A stretch of DNA of 64,000 nt from Balanoglossus misakiensis (lineage: Eukaryota; Animalia; Hemichordata): positions 6,498,301 through 6,562,300 of the forward strand of contig CM082577.2 in assembly GCA_040954595.2 (NCBI GenBank), read 5' to 3'. The translations under genes were made by a program, and so were the position numbers. Shown here in pieces: positions 62,452 to 64,000 of this stretch (positions are counted from its first letter, which is position 1; the number at the start of each line of letters is the position of its first letter). The notes beneath the pieces are model-generated. The model was not told the origin of the DNA, did no database searches, and saw only the letters and a list, made by a program, of their open reading frames with translations.

Positions 62452-64000
62452 TATTTCCTGCACTCTGTTCAGACCCACTGGGAATTGTCCAAATAATTCA
62501 TATTTGTTCATTACCTCATAAAAGAACAATTCTCAATACATCTCCATTCACAGTTTGACTTGAGCTAAAAGGGGTTGTGTAAATTGATTGTAAAATAGTT
62601 GAAATGCGGTGGTGAGATTTGATTTCAGAGTTCAGAACTGAGATTTTCAGATTTTATTCAGTGTAAAAATGACAAGATCAGCATGATGTCAGAACAAAAG
62701 AAAGCTCGAGAAATGTTCAAGTTTGATGATAAAATGTGTGACTTGTCAACATGTTTGCAGTGGTTTTCATCCACTGGAAACCAATACAACTAAGATGCGG
62801 TTGTATGGCTTCCTGTTTTTAACCTTGGTGCCCCCAGCTGATTGCATTTGTCTTGGCTCCTGATATGTTTACTTCGTACTTGAATTCTGTTTTTTTCCTG
62901 TGTCAATATTTATTAGACATTGTCCATTATTGAGTGTTTACGTGTGTTATGTGGTGTATTTCTTTCTCCCCGCATCATCAAAATAACTTTTCCTGAGTCA
63001 TATTTTCGTGTTACCTGGATTTCTGGTGATTAGTCATACTGTGGGCTTATGAGTAATGCGGTTAGTATTTTTAGGATCTCTGAAATCAAGTAATATTGAT
63101 GTTCAGTCAAAAGGCAGGATGCGCCGTGTGGAGTTGTGTGAATCACCTCATGTTCATTGCCAGGATAATCATTGTGGCCGTGAAAGTGACTCAGTATCTC
63201 CCATACATGTAGAGGAGGCTGCTGTTTTCGCACGCACAAAAAATGTTCTCCACACACATCTGTCATTATTTGAATTTATAATTTGCATATTAAATATTGT
63301 TTGGGGCCGAATCATGTCTGAGGCTCGTGCTTTATCGCCATTGTTCTATTTCAGAGAGATGGCAGTTACGTAACTCTTTGCCTTTGGGGTTCTTTACTGG
63401 CATGGCATCTCATTTAAATTGCAAGGCTTCTTCTTTCCCCCCAGCAGATGATGAGCACCTATCGTAATACATGTAATGATAGATCTATATATCTGTAGCC
63501 TTAAGTTTGGGATTTGTTTCAGTTTGGGGGTGGTGGTCGGTATTTTTTTCCAGGGTCTGGGAAGTCGCAGGATTGCTGGCAAAGGGAAAGTGTTTCGTGT
63601 TCTTTGTTGTATTGGAAGTGGGTCAAGCAGATAACGTTTTTGGTATCGTCTATAAACCATAAAAAATATGACATTTATGAGGTTTCTCTCGTAATTGATC
63701 AAGTCATAACTAATTTCACTTTCATATCCTTTTGGTGTGCTATTTTGGACTCGAATCCTTTTTTAGTAGTTTTTTTTTTATTCATGGACATCGCCAGTGT
63801 CTAAAGCTGTGGCACACATGGGTGCTTTAGATGTTCATGCATAATTTATTGGTCTTTTGTTTGTGGTGTATATTTGTTCAATGGAAGGAGATGGACTAAT
63901 TAAACATGATAATTGCATGTCTGATGTCAAGTGAGGGAACCGGTTCAATTCAGATGTTGATGTAACACAGATGTTGATTTTTCCCCATTGGCTACTTCGT

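Noticed and set aside
62815-62845. Candidate LLGL exon 3 (LGAP-like)
   Set aside because: In-frame stop follows immediately; no proper acceptor or U12 branch site.

Overview
Eukaryotic (marine-invertebrate-like, AT-rich) genomic DNA with spliceosomal introns; no prokaryotic features, rRNA, tRNA or CRISPR seen. Five intron-containing genes were reconstructed by hand from splice sites and reading-frame continuity: DNAI2 (minus, 3' end runs off the left edge), AP5Z1 (plus, 18 exons, ~804 aa, head-to-head with DNAI2), DDX47 (minus, 12 exons, ~452 aa, tail-to-tail with AP5Z1), a RAB11FIP3/4 orthologue (plus, 15 core exons, ~580 aa, long 3'UTR), and the first two coding exons of lethal giant larvae (LLGL), whose second intron opens with a U12-type donor. 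Repeats include a (GA)59 tract, a decayed Penelope-like RT relic, three TTAA-type ~90 bp MITEs, a 426 bp TA-flanked Tc1/mariner-type MITE and a 204 bp foldback element that contains a copy of neighbouring DNA. The most interesting signals are the minor-spliceosome intron, a roughly 10-fold excess of TACATGTA (the scar expected from excision of a CAG...CTG element), the locally templated foldback element, an internal promoter and a cassette exon in RAB11FIP, and motif clusters (X-box, ZEB/Snail E-box, nuclear-receptor repeats). Gene names rest on remembered protein similarity; no database search was run.
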